Assembly (NCBI GenBank): GCA_963662665.2
Contig: CAXXJS010000021.1
Span: 64,001 to 128,000, forward strand
Reading direction: 5' to 3'
DNA length: 64,000 nt
From: Candidatus Latescibacterota bacterium
GTDB lineage: Bacteria; Latescibacterota; UBA2968; GCA-2709665
Shown: piece after piece, positions 1-9,072 of the stretch
Layout of the letters: every line of letters starts with the position of its first letter
Numbering within the stretch: position 1 is the first letter of the stretch
Notes under the pieces: generated by a model
What the model saw: only the letters and a program-made list of their open reading frames with translations
Database searches by the model: none
Told to the model about the DNA's origin: nothing
Position numbers and translations under genes: made by a program

Positions 1-770
1 ACGCCCTCGCGGCTGCTCAGCTTGACTGCGGTGGCCGACGGATTATCGGGGTCGCCGGGTACCGCATCGAGCAACGCATATCGCACCAGATTGTTTCCGG
101 AATTCCACTCGAGTCGCGCGGTCAGCGACGTCGCCGGAAAAATCGACGGACCGTTTTCTCCGGTCTGGGAATAGGTGGGTATGATTCCGTGAGAACTGTT
201 CAGGAATAACGCCGCCGAATCAACGGCGTCGAATTCGCTGTTGAGATCGTAGAGTCCGAACTTCAGGTTCAGCCGTTCCGTAAAGAGATGTTGGTACCAG
301 AACTCGTAAAGTCGGAACGCCTGCTCCACGTCGATGTTGGAGACAACCTGCGCGTCGCCGGGGTATCGATCCGAAAACGTCGACGCGTTGTTCCAGAGCA
401 GATACGCGAACAACGTCCCGCCCCCACTTCCAAATATCCGCCCAAGGTCGAACGTGAGAATCGCATCGACGTTCTGCAGATAGGCCGAGCCGTTCCGGAT
501 GCCGCCGGAGGCGTTTCGAAGCAAATCCGCGACATACCCGACTTCGGCGGAGACTGCTTTGCCGCCTGCCTCCGTTTCAGCGCGCACGGGGACGGGGACC
601 AAGCCGATCATCAGCATACAGACAACCAGACGGAGCAATCCGGCTTTCGATCCAACAGTGGCCGTTTTCCGTCCATACCAGGAGGCGGCAATGAATCGAC
701 GCGGAACAGCGTGTTTCAAGGTGCGCTTGTTCCGGTGCTTCTGATGCGCGGCGGATGAATTCGGAGTCAT
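1..770 (-). CDS. Carbohydrate-selective porin, OprB family (partial, runs off the window start)
   Basis: Not in the ORF track because its stop lies outside the window. Manual translation from ATG 770 is open to base 1: signal-like LLRLVVCMLMIGLVPVPVRA, then YVADLLRNASGG, GDAQVVSNID, RLYEFWYQH, KFGLYDLNSEFD, LFLNSSHG, typical OprB motifs. Exact start is uncertain. Confidence 0.75.
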   Translation of the reverse strand, partial: MTPNSSAAHQKHRNKRTLKHAVPRRFIAASWYGRKTATVGSKAGLLRLVVCMLMIGLVPVPVRAETEAGGKAVSAEVGYVADLLRNASGGIRNGSAYLQNVDAILTFDLGRIFGSGGGTLFAYLLWNNASTFSDRYPGDAQVVSNIDVEQAFRLYEFWYQHLFTERLNLKFGLYDLNSEFDAVDSAALFLNSSHGIIPTYSQTGENGPSIFPATSLTARLEWNSGNNLVRYALLDAVPGDPDNPSATAVKLSSREG

Positions 771-877
771 GATCTCAGCGATCGTCCTCATTAAACCGCT
801 CAGCTGAAATTCCCGGCGGAAGCCGCGTGTACCGGTCCACGACCAGGTGTCTGAAGGCCCGTTTTGCGAATATTGCC

Positions 878-1792
878 TTAAAACGTGAGTTCGAAGTTGC
901 GCACGCTGTAACCCGCGAATATACCGTACCCGTTCTCAATATTGCTGTGAATTCTCACCGGTTCGGCAAAAGGGTTGTCGTCCGTGGTATCATGTAGGAG
1001 GGCGCTCTTCAGGTGTCTGTAATATGCTTCGCTGATGTAGCGGACCTGGACCCAGATTACACGCTCCAGGCTCGCCTCAACAAAAAGGTCAACGGACGAA
1101 AGGTCGATTTGGTGCGACTCTCCGTCAAACAGGGCGTCGCTGAAAAACGGCTCGGAACCCACAAACGGCTCGACGCCTTCGAGAACAGGATCTTCGATCC
1201 GATTGTCGGCGATGATGGATGGATCTCTCGTGGAAAAGCGCAGGTCGCGCCTTCCCGATCGATCTGGAGCAATGACCCGAATCTGATATCGGTTTTCCTC
1301 GCCGGGTGGATCCTGAATCTGAAGGGTGATCCGGAAATCCGTTATCGTGGTCACGCCGGGTCCCCCGGGAGCAGGAACGGAGGTCTCGACGCGATACGAT
1401 TTGATGGACGTCGGTACGGGTGGGGGCGCGCTGTCAGTCGCATGGACGGTCTCGAAGCCCGGCGCTGATACCCGCAGCGAGTAGGACTTGCCCGATTGCA
1501 GGGGTTTTTCGCTTGCATACACCCTTTCTCGCTGGAGAAAGAGCAGCCGGTCGATGATCCGGCTATCTGAAAGCAGTTCCACGCTGGCGCCGGTAATCAG
1601 GCGTTCGGGTCCGGGAGCGGGGTCCTGGATGCCTACGGACCGACTGACGGAAGCCGCCCAACCGCCGTCCGGCGTAAAGAATGCCTTAATCACCAGTCGA
1701 GGCGTGTGTTCGGGCAATTCCGGGTTGATGATTAGTTCGCACGCGGTGAATGCGATTGCGAAGATCGTAATTGTGATGCATTTCTTCTTCAT
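878..1792 (-). CDS. DUF4249-family lipoprotein, partner of the TonB-dependent receptor
   Basis: Lipobox FTAC; QDPPGEENRY, FSDALFDG, ISEAYYRHLKS and NPFAEPVRIHSNIENGYGIFAG motifs; directly downstream of the TonB receptor as in FCB genomes. Confidence 0.8.
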   Translation of the reverse strand: MKKKCITITIFAIAFTACELIINPELPEHTPRLVIKAFFTPDGGWAASVSRSVGIQDPAPGPERLITGASVELLSDSRIIDRLLFLQRERVYASEKPLQSGKSYSLRVSAPGFETVHATDSAPPPVPTSIKSYRVETSVPAPGGPGVTTITDFRITLQIQDPPGEENRYQIRVIAPDRSGRRDLRFSTRDPSIIADNRIEDPVLEGVEPFVGSEPFFSDALFDGESHQIDLSSVDLFVEASLERVIWVQVRYISEAYYRHLKSALLHDTTDDNPFAEPVRIHSNIENGYGIFAGYSVRNFELTF

Positions 1793-1808
1793 TGAGGCGC
1801 GCCGGTGT

Positions 1809-4268
1809 TCAGAATTTGAACCGGTAACTGATCCACGGCAAAACCGGAAACAGGGTCACCTGTTTGGCCTGGTACTCCCTGGAATCCGTCTGGGGGTCAC
1901 GGTAATCGTCGAAATAGATGAAATAGGGGTTCTTTCGATTATATGCGTTGTAGGCGCCCACGCGGAATCCGTGCCTCGACCAGTCGAAGTTGAACCCCAG
2001 GTCAATACGATGGTAGGCGGACATTCGGAAGCCGTTGCGTTGTTCGTAGATTCTGGTCTCAAAGGGCAGCACGCGAGGAGTCCAGAGTTCATGACCGCCA
2101 ATTGATCCCCTTACGTACTCGTCATAGTATCTTGCGACGGGTAGGGTCACCGCATTACCGGTTCCGTACACCCAGTTTATCGAGGCGCTCGTGATGCGCG
2201 ACAGTTGATGGGTCAGGACCACGGCCACGTCGTGCCGGCGGTCGTAGCGAAAGGGAAAGGCGCGGCCTTCATTCAGTTCGGTGAAACGGCGCCTGGTCCA
2301 TGATAGCGTGTACCCGACCCAACCCGCTGTGCGGCCGCGCTTTTTCTGCAGAAACAGTTCGACGCCGTAGGACCATCCACGCCCCGTTTCCACCTTGTCC
2401 TGCCAGTCCTGCTGCTCGCCGAACCCCGCCAGAAAGGTCGCGCCTTCCCGGTACTCGATCAGGTCGGTCATCGTTTTGTGATAGGCCTCCACGCTGAATT
2501 CGTACTGTCCCTTTTTCAATGTGCCCGCCAGGCCGAGGCCGTACTGGCGAGACCCCTCGGGACGCGCGCGTTCGGTGGCAGGAAGCCACAGGTCGGTCGG
2601 GAGCCCTATGGTGCTGTTGGAAAGCAGATGAATATACTGGCGCATCCGGGCGTAGGACGCTTTAAGGGCCCACCGCGGATTCAACAGAAAACGCGTCGAA
2701 ACGCGGGGTTGCAGGGATCCGAAGCGCGAGTTGCCCACAGAGAAGCCGGAGGCGTGCAGCCCCACGTTGGCGCTCAACCGTTTTGACAGTCGGACATCGT
2801 CCTCCAGGTACAGGCCGATCTCTACGGCGTCCGTCGCCCGGGCGGCGCCAAGTGTTGTATCCTCCGGGGCGCCGCCTGCGGGGTTGAATCTGTACTGTGC
2901 CGCTCCGGGGCTGTACGTGTGGTAGGTGCCGTTGCCGCCAAAGCGGATATAGTGGGCCGGATTGGGAATGTAGTCGAGATCCAGCTTAAGGCCGAAGTCG
3001 CGGATGCCTGAGTGGTAGCGCAGGCTGAGCGTCTCGGTCTCGTGGACGTCCCCGTCACTTGTGGCGGATCGATCGTCGATATTCGAAGTAAGCTTATAGC
3101 GGCTGAAGATCGTGGTGAGGTTGCCGAAGAGCCGGTTGCTGAAGAGGATATTCCAGCGCAGCGTCGAAGTGAAATTGCCCCAGCCGAAATTCGCCGACGT
3201 CGTCTCTTCGCCGCGATAGGCGCCGGAGGCGTAGTCGTCCTGGATGTCACTCCAGAAACGGTCGTCGCCGCCGTAAAGGCTCAGGAAAACACGGTTTCGG
3301 GGCGACAGGACATGGTTCAACTTGGCATTGATATCGTAGAAATAATAGCCGCCCCGCTCGTTGGGATCCAGAAAGGGGCGGATCAGCAGATCGATATACG
3401 TCCGCCGTGCCGAAACGATGAATGACGTCCGGTCCTTGCGTATCGGACCCTGCAGGGTCACCTGGGAAGCCACAAGACCGATGGAGCCCTCTACCTCGAA
3501 CGCCTGCATGTTGCCGTCCTTCATGGCTACCTCCAGGACGGAAGAGAGGCGCCCGCCGAAACGTGCAGGAAATCCTGCCTTTGTGAGTTGTACGTTCTTG
3601 ACGGCGCTGGTATTGAAGACAGAGAAAAAGCCGAAGAGGTGGGAGGCGTTGTACACCGGGGCGTCGTCGAGCAGGATGAGATTCTGATCCGGACCGCCGC
3701 CCCGGACGTAAAGGCCGCTCATCCCCTCGGCGCCGGACTGGACGCCCGGAAGAAGCTGCATGGTTTTCATCAGATCGACTTCGCCCAGGAGGACGGGCGC
3801 CTTCTCAATCTGGCTGACCGGGACATCGACAACACCCATCCGTGTCTGCTCCTGGATCGGATCCACCTGTTCGGCCTTTACCTCTATGGCTTGCATTTCC
3901 AGGGCAAGCGGCTTCAGGGCGAATTCCACGCGAATGTCGCGTTCCAGGCGGATTGACAGGGTGTCGCTCCGAAACCCGATGTAGGAAACGACAATCTGAA
4001 GCGAATCCGCCGGCAGGGTCAGGCTGAAGAAGCCATAGCGATTTGTCGTGGCGCCTTGCTGTAGGGTGGGTTCGTACAATGAGGCGCCGATCAGCTGCTC
4101 GCCGTTCGAGGCATCCGAGACGTGCCCGCTGATGGTGTGTTCCGCCGGGGGCTGGGCGTTGGCCCCGAAGACACAGCCAAACCAGAAGATCGACATCCAT
4201 GCGACGCGCGTCTTCCGAAACGCCCGATTCAGGTTGACGGCCGCGAGGTGAGTGAAGGATGAGTGCAT
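1809..4268 (-). CDS. TonB-dependent outer-membrane receptor with N-terminal carboxypeptidase-regulatory-like domain
   Basis: TISGHVSD..GEQLIGA..TTNRYGFFSL N-domain; plug LLPGV..GLYVRGGGPDQNLILLD; FGGRLSSVL; C-terminal aromatic F (YRFKF). Confidence 0.92.
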   Translation of the reverse strand: MHSSFTHLAAVNLNRAFRKTRVAWMSIFWFGCVFGANAQPPAEHTISGHVSDASNGEQLIGASLYEPTLQQGATTNRYGFFSLTLPADSLQIVVSYIGFRSDTLSIRLERDIRVEFALKPLALEMQAIEVKAEQVDPIQEQTRMGVVDVPVSQIEKAPVLLGEVDLMKTMQLLPGVQSGAEGMSGLYVRGGGPDQNLILLDDAPVYNASHLFGFFSVFNTSAVKNVQLTKAGFPARFGGRLSSVLEVAMKDGNMQAFEVEGSIGLVASQVTLQGPIRKDRTSFIVSARRTYIDLLIRPFLDPNERGGYYFYDINAKLNHVLSPRNRVFLSLYGGDDRFWSDIQDDYASGAYRGEETTSANFGWGNFTSTLRWNILFSNRLFGNLTTIFSRYKLTSNIDDRSATSDGDVHETETLSLRYHSGIRDFGLKLDLDYIPNPAHYIRFGGNGTYHTYSPGAAQYRFNPAGGAPEDTTLGAARATDAVEIGLYLEDDVRLSKRLSANVGLHASGFSVGNSRFGSLQPRVSTRFLLNPRWALKASYARMRQYIHLLSNSTIGLPTDLWLPATERARPEGSRQYGLGLAGTLKKGQYEFSVEAYHKTMTDLIEYREGATFLAGFGEQQDWQDKVETGRGWSYGVELFLQKKRGRTAGWVGYTLSWTRRRFTELNEGRAFPFRYDRRHDVAVVLTHQLSRITSASINWVYGTGNAVTLPVARYYDEYVRGSIGGHELWTPRVLPFETRIYEQRNGFRMSAYHRIDLGFNFDWSRHGFRVGAYNAYNRKNPYFIYFDDYRDPQTDSREYQAKQVTLFPVLPWISYRFKF

Positions 4269-4477
4269 GCCGTGTATCGAATAGAAGAGTCAAGGGTCGG
4301 CGTACGGCGCGAAGTCAGACGGTCGAAATCCGGAGGCCGCGGTTGTCGCCGCAGAATTCCGGACGCAGTTCCCAAGGAGGGCCTGCCGAAGTCATAGAGC
4401 GAAATCGGCCCCATTCCGGCAATACCGAATAGGTTGCTCCACGACCGCCGGGCGTCTGGTTCTCCGGCGTATCGGCA

Positions 4478-4900
4478 CTAACTGGAATCGAGAACGAGAC
4501 GAAAACCGCGGTTTCCGGCGGCCCGATAGGTCGAAAAGCCGCGGCGGTCGAGGGTGGCGACGTCGAAGCATTTCAGATGTTCTGCCAGCAGCACCAGGGT
4601 GGAGTCGGCGTAATCCATCGGCGTATCCGCGTATTTTTCCATAAGCGTTGCGCACGCGCGCAGGGCCGGGGGCTGAGTGAAGTCGAACACCCGAATGCGG
4701 GCCGACGTGACAAATTCAGAAAGCAATCGGGGACCGGACCGGCTATCCCCTACGAAATGCATCGCTTCGGTGAGGACTGCGCCGGTCGTACAGAATTGTC
4801 CCTTGAAGGCGTCGAGTGCGTCCCCCACGTCCCGATGAGCGGGGTCCCCGGCATTCAGATAGGCGACCAGCGGACCGGTATCCAGCAGCCAGACCGTCAT
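4478..4900 (-). CDS. vapC: PIN-domain ribonuclease toxin (VapC family)
   Basis: LLDTGPL, VLTEAMH, MDYADSTL and TLDRRGF carry the acidic PIN residues; overlaps the upstream antitoxin stop (ATGA). Confidence 0.85.
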   Translation of the reverse strand: MTVWLLDTGPLVAYLNAGDPAHRDVGDALDAFKGQFCTTGAVLTEAMHFVGDSRSGPRLLSEFVTSARIRVFDFTQPPALRACATLMEKYADTPMDYADSTLVLLAEHLKCFDVATLDRRGFSTYRAAGNRGFRLVLDSS

Positions 4901-5130
4901 CGGCGCCAGTTCCGTTCACGAAGGCGACTGCGCCAGGCGTCGGAATCGGGGCCTGCCAGTTCGAGACGTCCCTTTAGATGTCCGGCGCGTTGTGCCAGCG
5001 GACGTTCGGAAATGGCGTCTGCGAGAAGCCGGCGCACCAGTTCCGAAACCGTTAATCCCTGCGCCCGGGCGCGTTCTTCCAGGGCTTCCCGCATGGCCCG
5101 GTCGGTCCGTACCGTCAGTGTCGTATTCAT
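4897..5130 (-). CDS. Ribbon-helix-helix (CopG-like) antitoxin
   Basis: 77 aa, TLTVRTD..LEERARAQGLTVSELVRRLL RHH pattern; translationally coupled to the PIN gene. Confidence 0.8.
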   Translation of the reverse strand: MNTTLTVRTDRAMREALEERARAQGLTVSELVRRLLADAISERPLAQRAGHLKGRLELAGPDSDAWRSRLRERNWRR

Positions 5131-5166
5131 GTATTACATTATACGACACTGTAATACAATCTGCAA
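5131..5166 (-). promoter_or_regulatory. Sigma70-type promoter and inverted-repeat operator of the toxin-antitoxin operon
   Basis: Minus strand TTGCAG (5166-5161), 17 bp spacer, TATAAT (5143-5138); perfect 8-bp inverted repeat GTATTACA (5131-5138)/TGTAATAC (5150-5157) straddles the -10 box. Confidence 0.7.
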
Positions 5167-5333
5167 ATACAATTCCGGGAAATTCGCTTATTCCATTGCA
5201 GGCTGTATATTAGTGAGATACCTGTGCGGGATCCTCGCTGCCGACCGACACGCCATCAACCAAAGCGAATCCCCGCCGTGATGCCGGGGAAGAGGACATC
5301 CCAATCCAGGTCCCGCATCGTTCCACGAATAGT

Positions 5334-6212
5334 TCACACATCCACGCCGGCCCGCCGTAGCAAATCCGGTATCATACCCGTGAATTCATCCCTGGCCCGA
5401 TGACTCCTGTCGCGGAACCGGACGATGAGGTCTTTCACGAGCGGAGAGACCTCCAGCGGCACCCCGAGTTCTTCACCGAGCGCAACGCCCAGCCGCATAT
5501 CCTTCACGGCAAGTTCAGCGGTCGAGCCCATTCGGCCGTCGTTCAGGAACAGGGAGAGCGTGCGTTCGAAAATACGACTTTGACCCATACTCGCCTTCAC
5601 CGAATCCAGAAGCAGGTGCAGGTCGACTCCTGCCCTCGCGCCCATGGCCACGCCTTCACACACGCCGGCGAAGTTTACAAACATCATCAGGTTATTGATC
5701 AGCTTGACCACGCTCCCTGATCCGGCCTGTCCGACGTGAACGATCCTGTCGCCGACACACGCCAACACCTGCTGCACGCGCCGCAGATCCTCCGATTCAC
5801 CCCCGACGAACAGGGTGAGCGTCCCGTCACGCGCGCCGACGATGCCACCGCTGACCGGGGCATCGAGCACGCCGATGCCGCGTTCCGCACCGAGTGCGGA
5901 AATGCGGCGCATCACGGCCGGTGCGACGGTGCTCGCGTCGACGTAGGTCGATCCCCCGGAAAGACCGGCAAACACGCCTTCGTCACCCAACGCCACGTCC
6001 TCGACGGTCTCGCCATCCGGCAGCGACGACACCACCACCTCGGACCGAACCGCCACCGCCTTCGCGTTGTCAGCCCAGGCAGCGCCCGCCGACTCCAGGT
6101 CGCGGCCGGTGTGACGTCGGGAATCGTGGATGGTCAGTTCGTGACCGGCGCGGAGAATATTGGCCGCCATCGGCTGCCCCATGTTTCCCAGGCCGATGAA
6201 TCCGACTCTCAT
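5334..6212 (-). CDS. NAD(P)-dependent beta-hydroxyacid dehydrogenase (3-hydroxyisobutyrate dehydrogenase / 6PGD family)
   Basis: GFIGLGNMG Rossmann motif, DAPVSGG, GSGSVVKLINN catalytic Lys motif, KDMRLG. Confidence 0.88.
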   Translation of the reverse strand: MRVGFIGLGNMGQPMAANILRAGHELTIHDSRRHTGRDLESAGAAWADNAKAVAVRSEVVVSSLPDGETVEDVALGDEGVFAGLSGGSTYVDASTVAPAVMRRISALGAERGIGVLDAPVSGGIVGARDGTLTLFVGGESEDLRRVQQVLACVGDRIVHVGQAGSGSVVKLINNLMMFVNFAGVCEGVAMGARAGVDLHLLLDSVKASMGQSRIFERTLSLFLNDGRMGSTAELAVKDMRLGVALGEELGVPLEVSPLVKDLIVRFRDRSHRARDEFTGMIPDLLRRAGVDV

Positions 6213-6225
6213 GCGAATCCTTTCC

Positions 6226-6286
6226 CTTAGAAGCTGTTTTAAAATACCCAGCGGTCTTCTCGCGGCTGCAAAAGCGCCGTTCGGCG
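6226..6286. repeat. Dispersed intergenic repeat, copy 1 (MITE/IS-end-like)
   Basis: 53/61 identical by manual alignment to 42720-42780; begins CTTAGAAGCTGTTTTAAAA. Confidence 0.75.
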
Positions 6287-6362
6287 TTGGCCAAATCCAC
6301 CCGTATTACAAGGTCGAGGCTGCGCTCGCTCGCCTCTCATAGTCGAATTTTCCCGTTCTTAA

Positions 6363-6785
6363 TCACCGCTGTTCGTCGTGGGTGTCGAATTCGGCTGGCA
6401 TGGTGATCTCGATCACTTCCCAATCATCTGAGTATTCGAGGACTTCATGCCTGATACCCGGAGGCTGATACCAGGCATCACCCGCTTCGACCCGAATTTC
6501 GCCGATGTCCTCGAAGTAGAGGCGGGCCCAACCGTTGATCAGGTAGACCATCTGAAATTCCAGGTCGTGCGAGTGATAACCCAGCGGGCCCGTGCAGGGT
6601 TCGTGAGCGCGGATAATATGGGCCAGCACACGACCCTCCGTCGCATCCTTGATACCCAGATCGCGATAGCTGAAATACGTACGCAAACCCTGCTGTATCC
6701 AGCGGGCATCTTTGGCGTGGGCGGCAAACGACTTGACCTTTTTCTCAGACATCGTGGAATCCCCTTTCTTCGTGGTGGTATCCAT
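6363..6785 (-). CDS. Cupin-domain protein
   Basis: YHSHDLEFQMVY and GDAWYQPPGIRHE cupin metal motifs; true start may be the second Met (MSEKK). Confidence 0.85.
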   Translation of the reverse strand: MDTTTKKGDSTMSEKKVKSFAAHAKDARWIQQGLRTYFSYRDLGIKDATEGRVLAHIIRAHEPCTGPLGYHSHDLEFQMVYLINGWARLYFEDIGEIRVEAGDAWYQPPGIRHEVLEYSDDWEVIEITMPAEFDTHDEQR

Positions 6786-6844
6786 TTATGGTCGGCTTGA
6801 TTCTGACGACGGAGTTCCCGGGCGCCATCCGACCTGAAAGCGTC

Positions 6845-7852
6845 TCACGGGTTCCACACCTGCTCGAAAAGGCGCATCCAGTTGCCGCCGAGCAGTTTCG
6901 TGATCTCTCCGGCGTTATAGCCCCGGTTGACAAGCGCCTCAGCGATGTTCGGAAACTCGGACGACGTGGCGATTCCGCCGGGCTGAAAGCTCAGTTCGGT
7001 GTACGGGAGCGAGCCGTCCGCAAACGTGGATGGGAATTTCGTGCCCTGTTGCGATCCAATGTAGTGCCAGAATTCGAGGGGTTGATCGTGGGTGGAATCC
7101 GTGCCGATGGCGACGTGGTCGACGCCGATCCGTTCTACCATATCGTCGATGGCGTCAACGAAATCTTCCACCGTGGATTCGAATCTCCGGGGAAGGAAGG
7201 GCGCGAAGGAAGTTGCGCCCACGACGCCCCCTTTTTCAGCCAGGCGTTTCAACGCGTCTTCTTCTTTGTTTCGCGGATGGTCACAGAAACTTCGCGCGTT
7301 GGCATGGGAGATGGCGACGGGCTGTTCGGAGGTTTCGATGGCGTCCAGTGTCGTCCGGCGTCCCACGTGCGACAGATCGATGAGAATGCCGAGCCGGTTC
7401 ATCTCCCGCACCGCATCGACACCGAAATTGCTGAGTCCCGCGTCGTTTCGTTCCCAGCACCCGCTGCCCAGCAGATTCGTCTCGTGATAGGTGAGCTGAA
7501 TCACCCTCACGCCAAGCGCCAGGAACAACCCCAGGCGGTCGAGTTCGTTCTCGATCGGCGAAGCGTTCTGAAAGCCGAGAATGATCCCGGTCTTTTTCAT
7601 CTGCTTGGCGGCGCGGATGTCGTCCGTCGTTTTCACCTGCAGGATGTCGTCTCGCTCCCGGAACCGGCGCATCCACGCCGCAAGATGCGCCATGGTCTGG
7701 ATGAAGTTCTCCCACGTGGACACGGTCGCGTTGATCGCCGTGAAATTGCCGGCGCGGAGTTCCCGGAATACTGCATCGCTGTTCCAGTTGCAGACGCTCA
7801 GCCCGTCGATCACCATTGCGCCATCGTAGATTTCCCTCGGATGCATTGTCAT
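6845..7852 (-). CDS. Membrane dipeptidase (peptidase M19 / renal dipeptidase family)
   Basis: GFQN, RVIQLTY, GLSNFG..VREMNRLGILIDLSHVG, SHAN, PRNK, GVDHVAIGTD, LLGGNWMR. Start set at ATG 7852, after the upstream stop and a G-rich SD. Confidence 0.88.
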   Translation of the reverse strand: MTMHPREIYDGAMVIDGLSVCNWNSDAVFRELRAGNFTAINATVSTWENFIQTMAHLAAWMRRFRERDDILQVKTTDDIRAAKQMKKTGIILGFQNASPIENELDRLGLFLALGVRVIQLTYHETNLLGSGCWERNDAGLSNFGVDAVREMNRLGILIDLSHVGRRTTLDAIETSEQPVAISHANARSFCDHPRNKEEDALKRLAEKGGVVGATSFAPFLPRRFESTVEDFVDAIDDMVERIGVDHVAIGTDSTHDQPLEFWHYIGSQQGTKFPSTFADGSLPYTELSFQPGGIATSSEFPNIAEALVNRGYNAGEITKLLGGNWMRLFEQVWNP

Positions 7853-7865
7853 TGGAATACCCCCA

Positions 7866-8996
7866 TTAGTCAAATCGGTTTCCGATCCTGAACGTATCGC
7901 CCAGGGGGTTCTCCCGGTCTTCCATCGCGTCGGCAATTACGGGACCGATGGCGCCGCCGAATTTGAACCCATGGCCGCATCCGCATCCGGCAATCAACAC
8001 CCGTTCGAATCCCTGCGCCCAGTCGATGACGAACGCCTCGTCCGTCATATCGGCCATGTTCGTGTACAGGCAGGACCGGCCCCCGACGAGTTTCGCCTCG
8101 CTCAGGCCGGGGATGCGCCGGGCGACGAATTCACGGGCCCATGCCAGAAATTCGGGCGTCGGGTCACGTGAGACGTCGACCTGAGCATCGTCCAGCTTGC
8201 TGTCTTCCGCCACCTTGACGAACCCCTCGTGCAGATATGGAAACCCGTACCACAGGTTGCCGGGCGAAACGATCGACCACACCGGAAAACGGGACCGCTC
8301 GAACGGCCCGGGGTCGTCGGGTGCGAAGAAGGCCATCTGCTGCCGCGTGACGCGTACGCGTTTCTTCATCGCGGGAAGGAGTTCGGCCACCCATGGACCG
8401 GCGGCTACGACCGCACGGTCGAACTCCATCCATTCCGCGCCTGTTCGGACTCTGGCCCGGCCACCCGTCTCTTCCACCGCGGTGACGAGCGTATTTTCAA
8501 GAACGGTCACGCCCGCTTCACGCGCCAGCGTCGACAGGTCCGCCAGCGCCTGTCCGCTTCGCAGGTACCCGGCCCACGGGTCGAAGAACAGCCGGTCCTC
8601 GTCGCTGACGGTGAACTGCGGAAACCGCTCTTGGACCTGGCTGGCGGTGAGTTCATAGACGTCCCTCGTCAACCGGCTCAGGGTTTCCCAACCCGCGTGG
8701 GCCTCGTGATCCGAATCCAGGTCGCGCGCGACGATCAGCTTGCCATTCTGGAAATAGATCGACCCGCTGGTGCGGTTGTGCCACGCCCGCCACTGCGCCG
8801 CGGACCGGGTCACGAGTTCCACGTATACCTCGTTCGGGTACATCGTGCGCCGGATGACTTTGGAGACATCGGTGCTCGACGCGTCCGGGTTGGGAATTTC
8901 ACCACGCTCGATCAGCGTGACGTCATGACCGCGGTTACGCAACTCCAGGGCGGCGGCCATGCCGAAGATCCCTGCGCCGACAATACAGACATTCAT
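7866..8996 (-). CDS. FAD-dependent oxidoreductase, monomeric sarcosine oxidase / fructosyl-amino-acid oxidase family
   Basis: IVGAGIFG FAD motif, SSTDVSKVIR, SCLYT (position of the flavinylated Cys in MSOX), GHGFKFG. Confidence 0.85.
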   Translation of the reverse strand: MNVCIVGAGIFGMAAALELRNRGHDVTLIERGEIPNPDASSTDVSKVIRRTMYPNEVYVELVTRSAAQWRAWHNRTSGSIYFQNGKLIVARDLDSDHEAHAGWETLSRLTRDVYELTASQVQERFPQFTVSDEDRLFFDPWAGYLRSGQALADLSTLAREAGVTVLENTLVTAVEETGGRARVRTGAEWMEFDRAVVAAGPWVAELLPAMKKRVRVTRQQMAFFAPDDPGPFERSRFPVWSIVSPGNLWYGFPYLHEGFVKVAEDSKLDDAQVDVSRDPTPEFLAWAREFVARRIPGLSEAKLVGGRSCLYTNMADMTDEAFVIDWAQGFERVLIAGCGCGHGFKFGGAIGPVIADAMEDRENPLGDTFRIGNRFD

Positions 8997-9072
8997 GGGC
9001 ACTCTCTTGAATCGGGGTTGGCGGGTTTGGCGGCCGGGCGGCGCCGGCCGTGTTCGGACGATCGAACTCCGT

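Noticed and set aside
4269-4477. Possible cobalamin or other riboswitch before the TonB receptor
   Set aside because: No B12-box or other conserved aptamer sequence was seen.
6788-7891. Long antisense ORFs (also 8229..9215, 21762..22913, 23591..24562, 25823..27172, 52081..53058)
   Set aside because: They shadow well-supported genes on the opposite strand, which is expected at high GC, and show no recognisable motifs.
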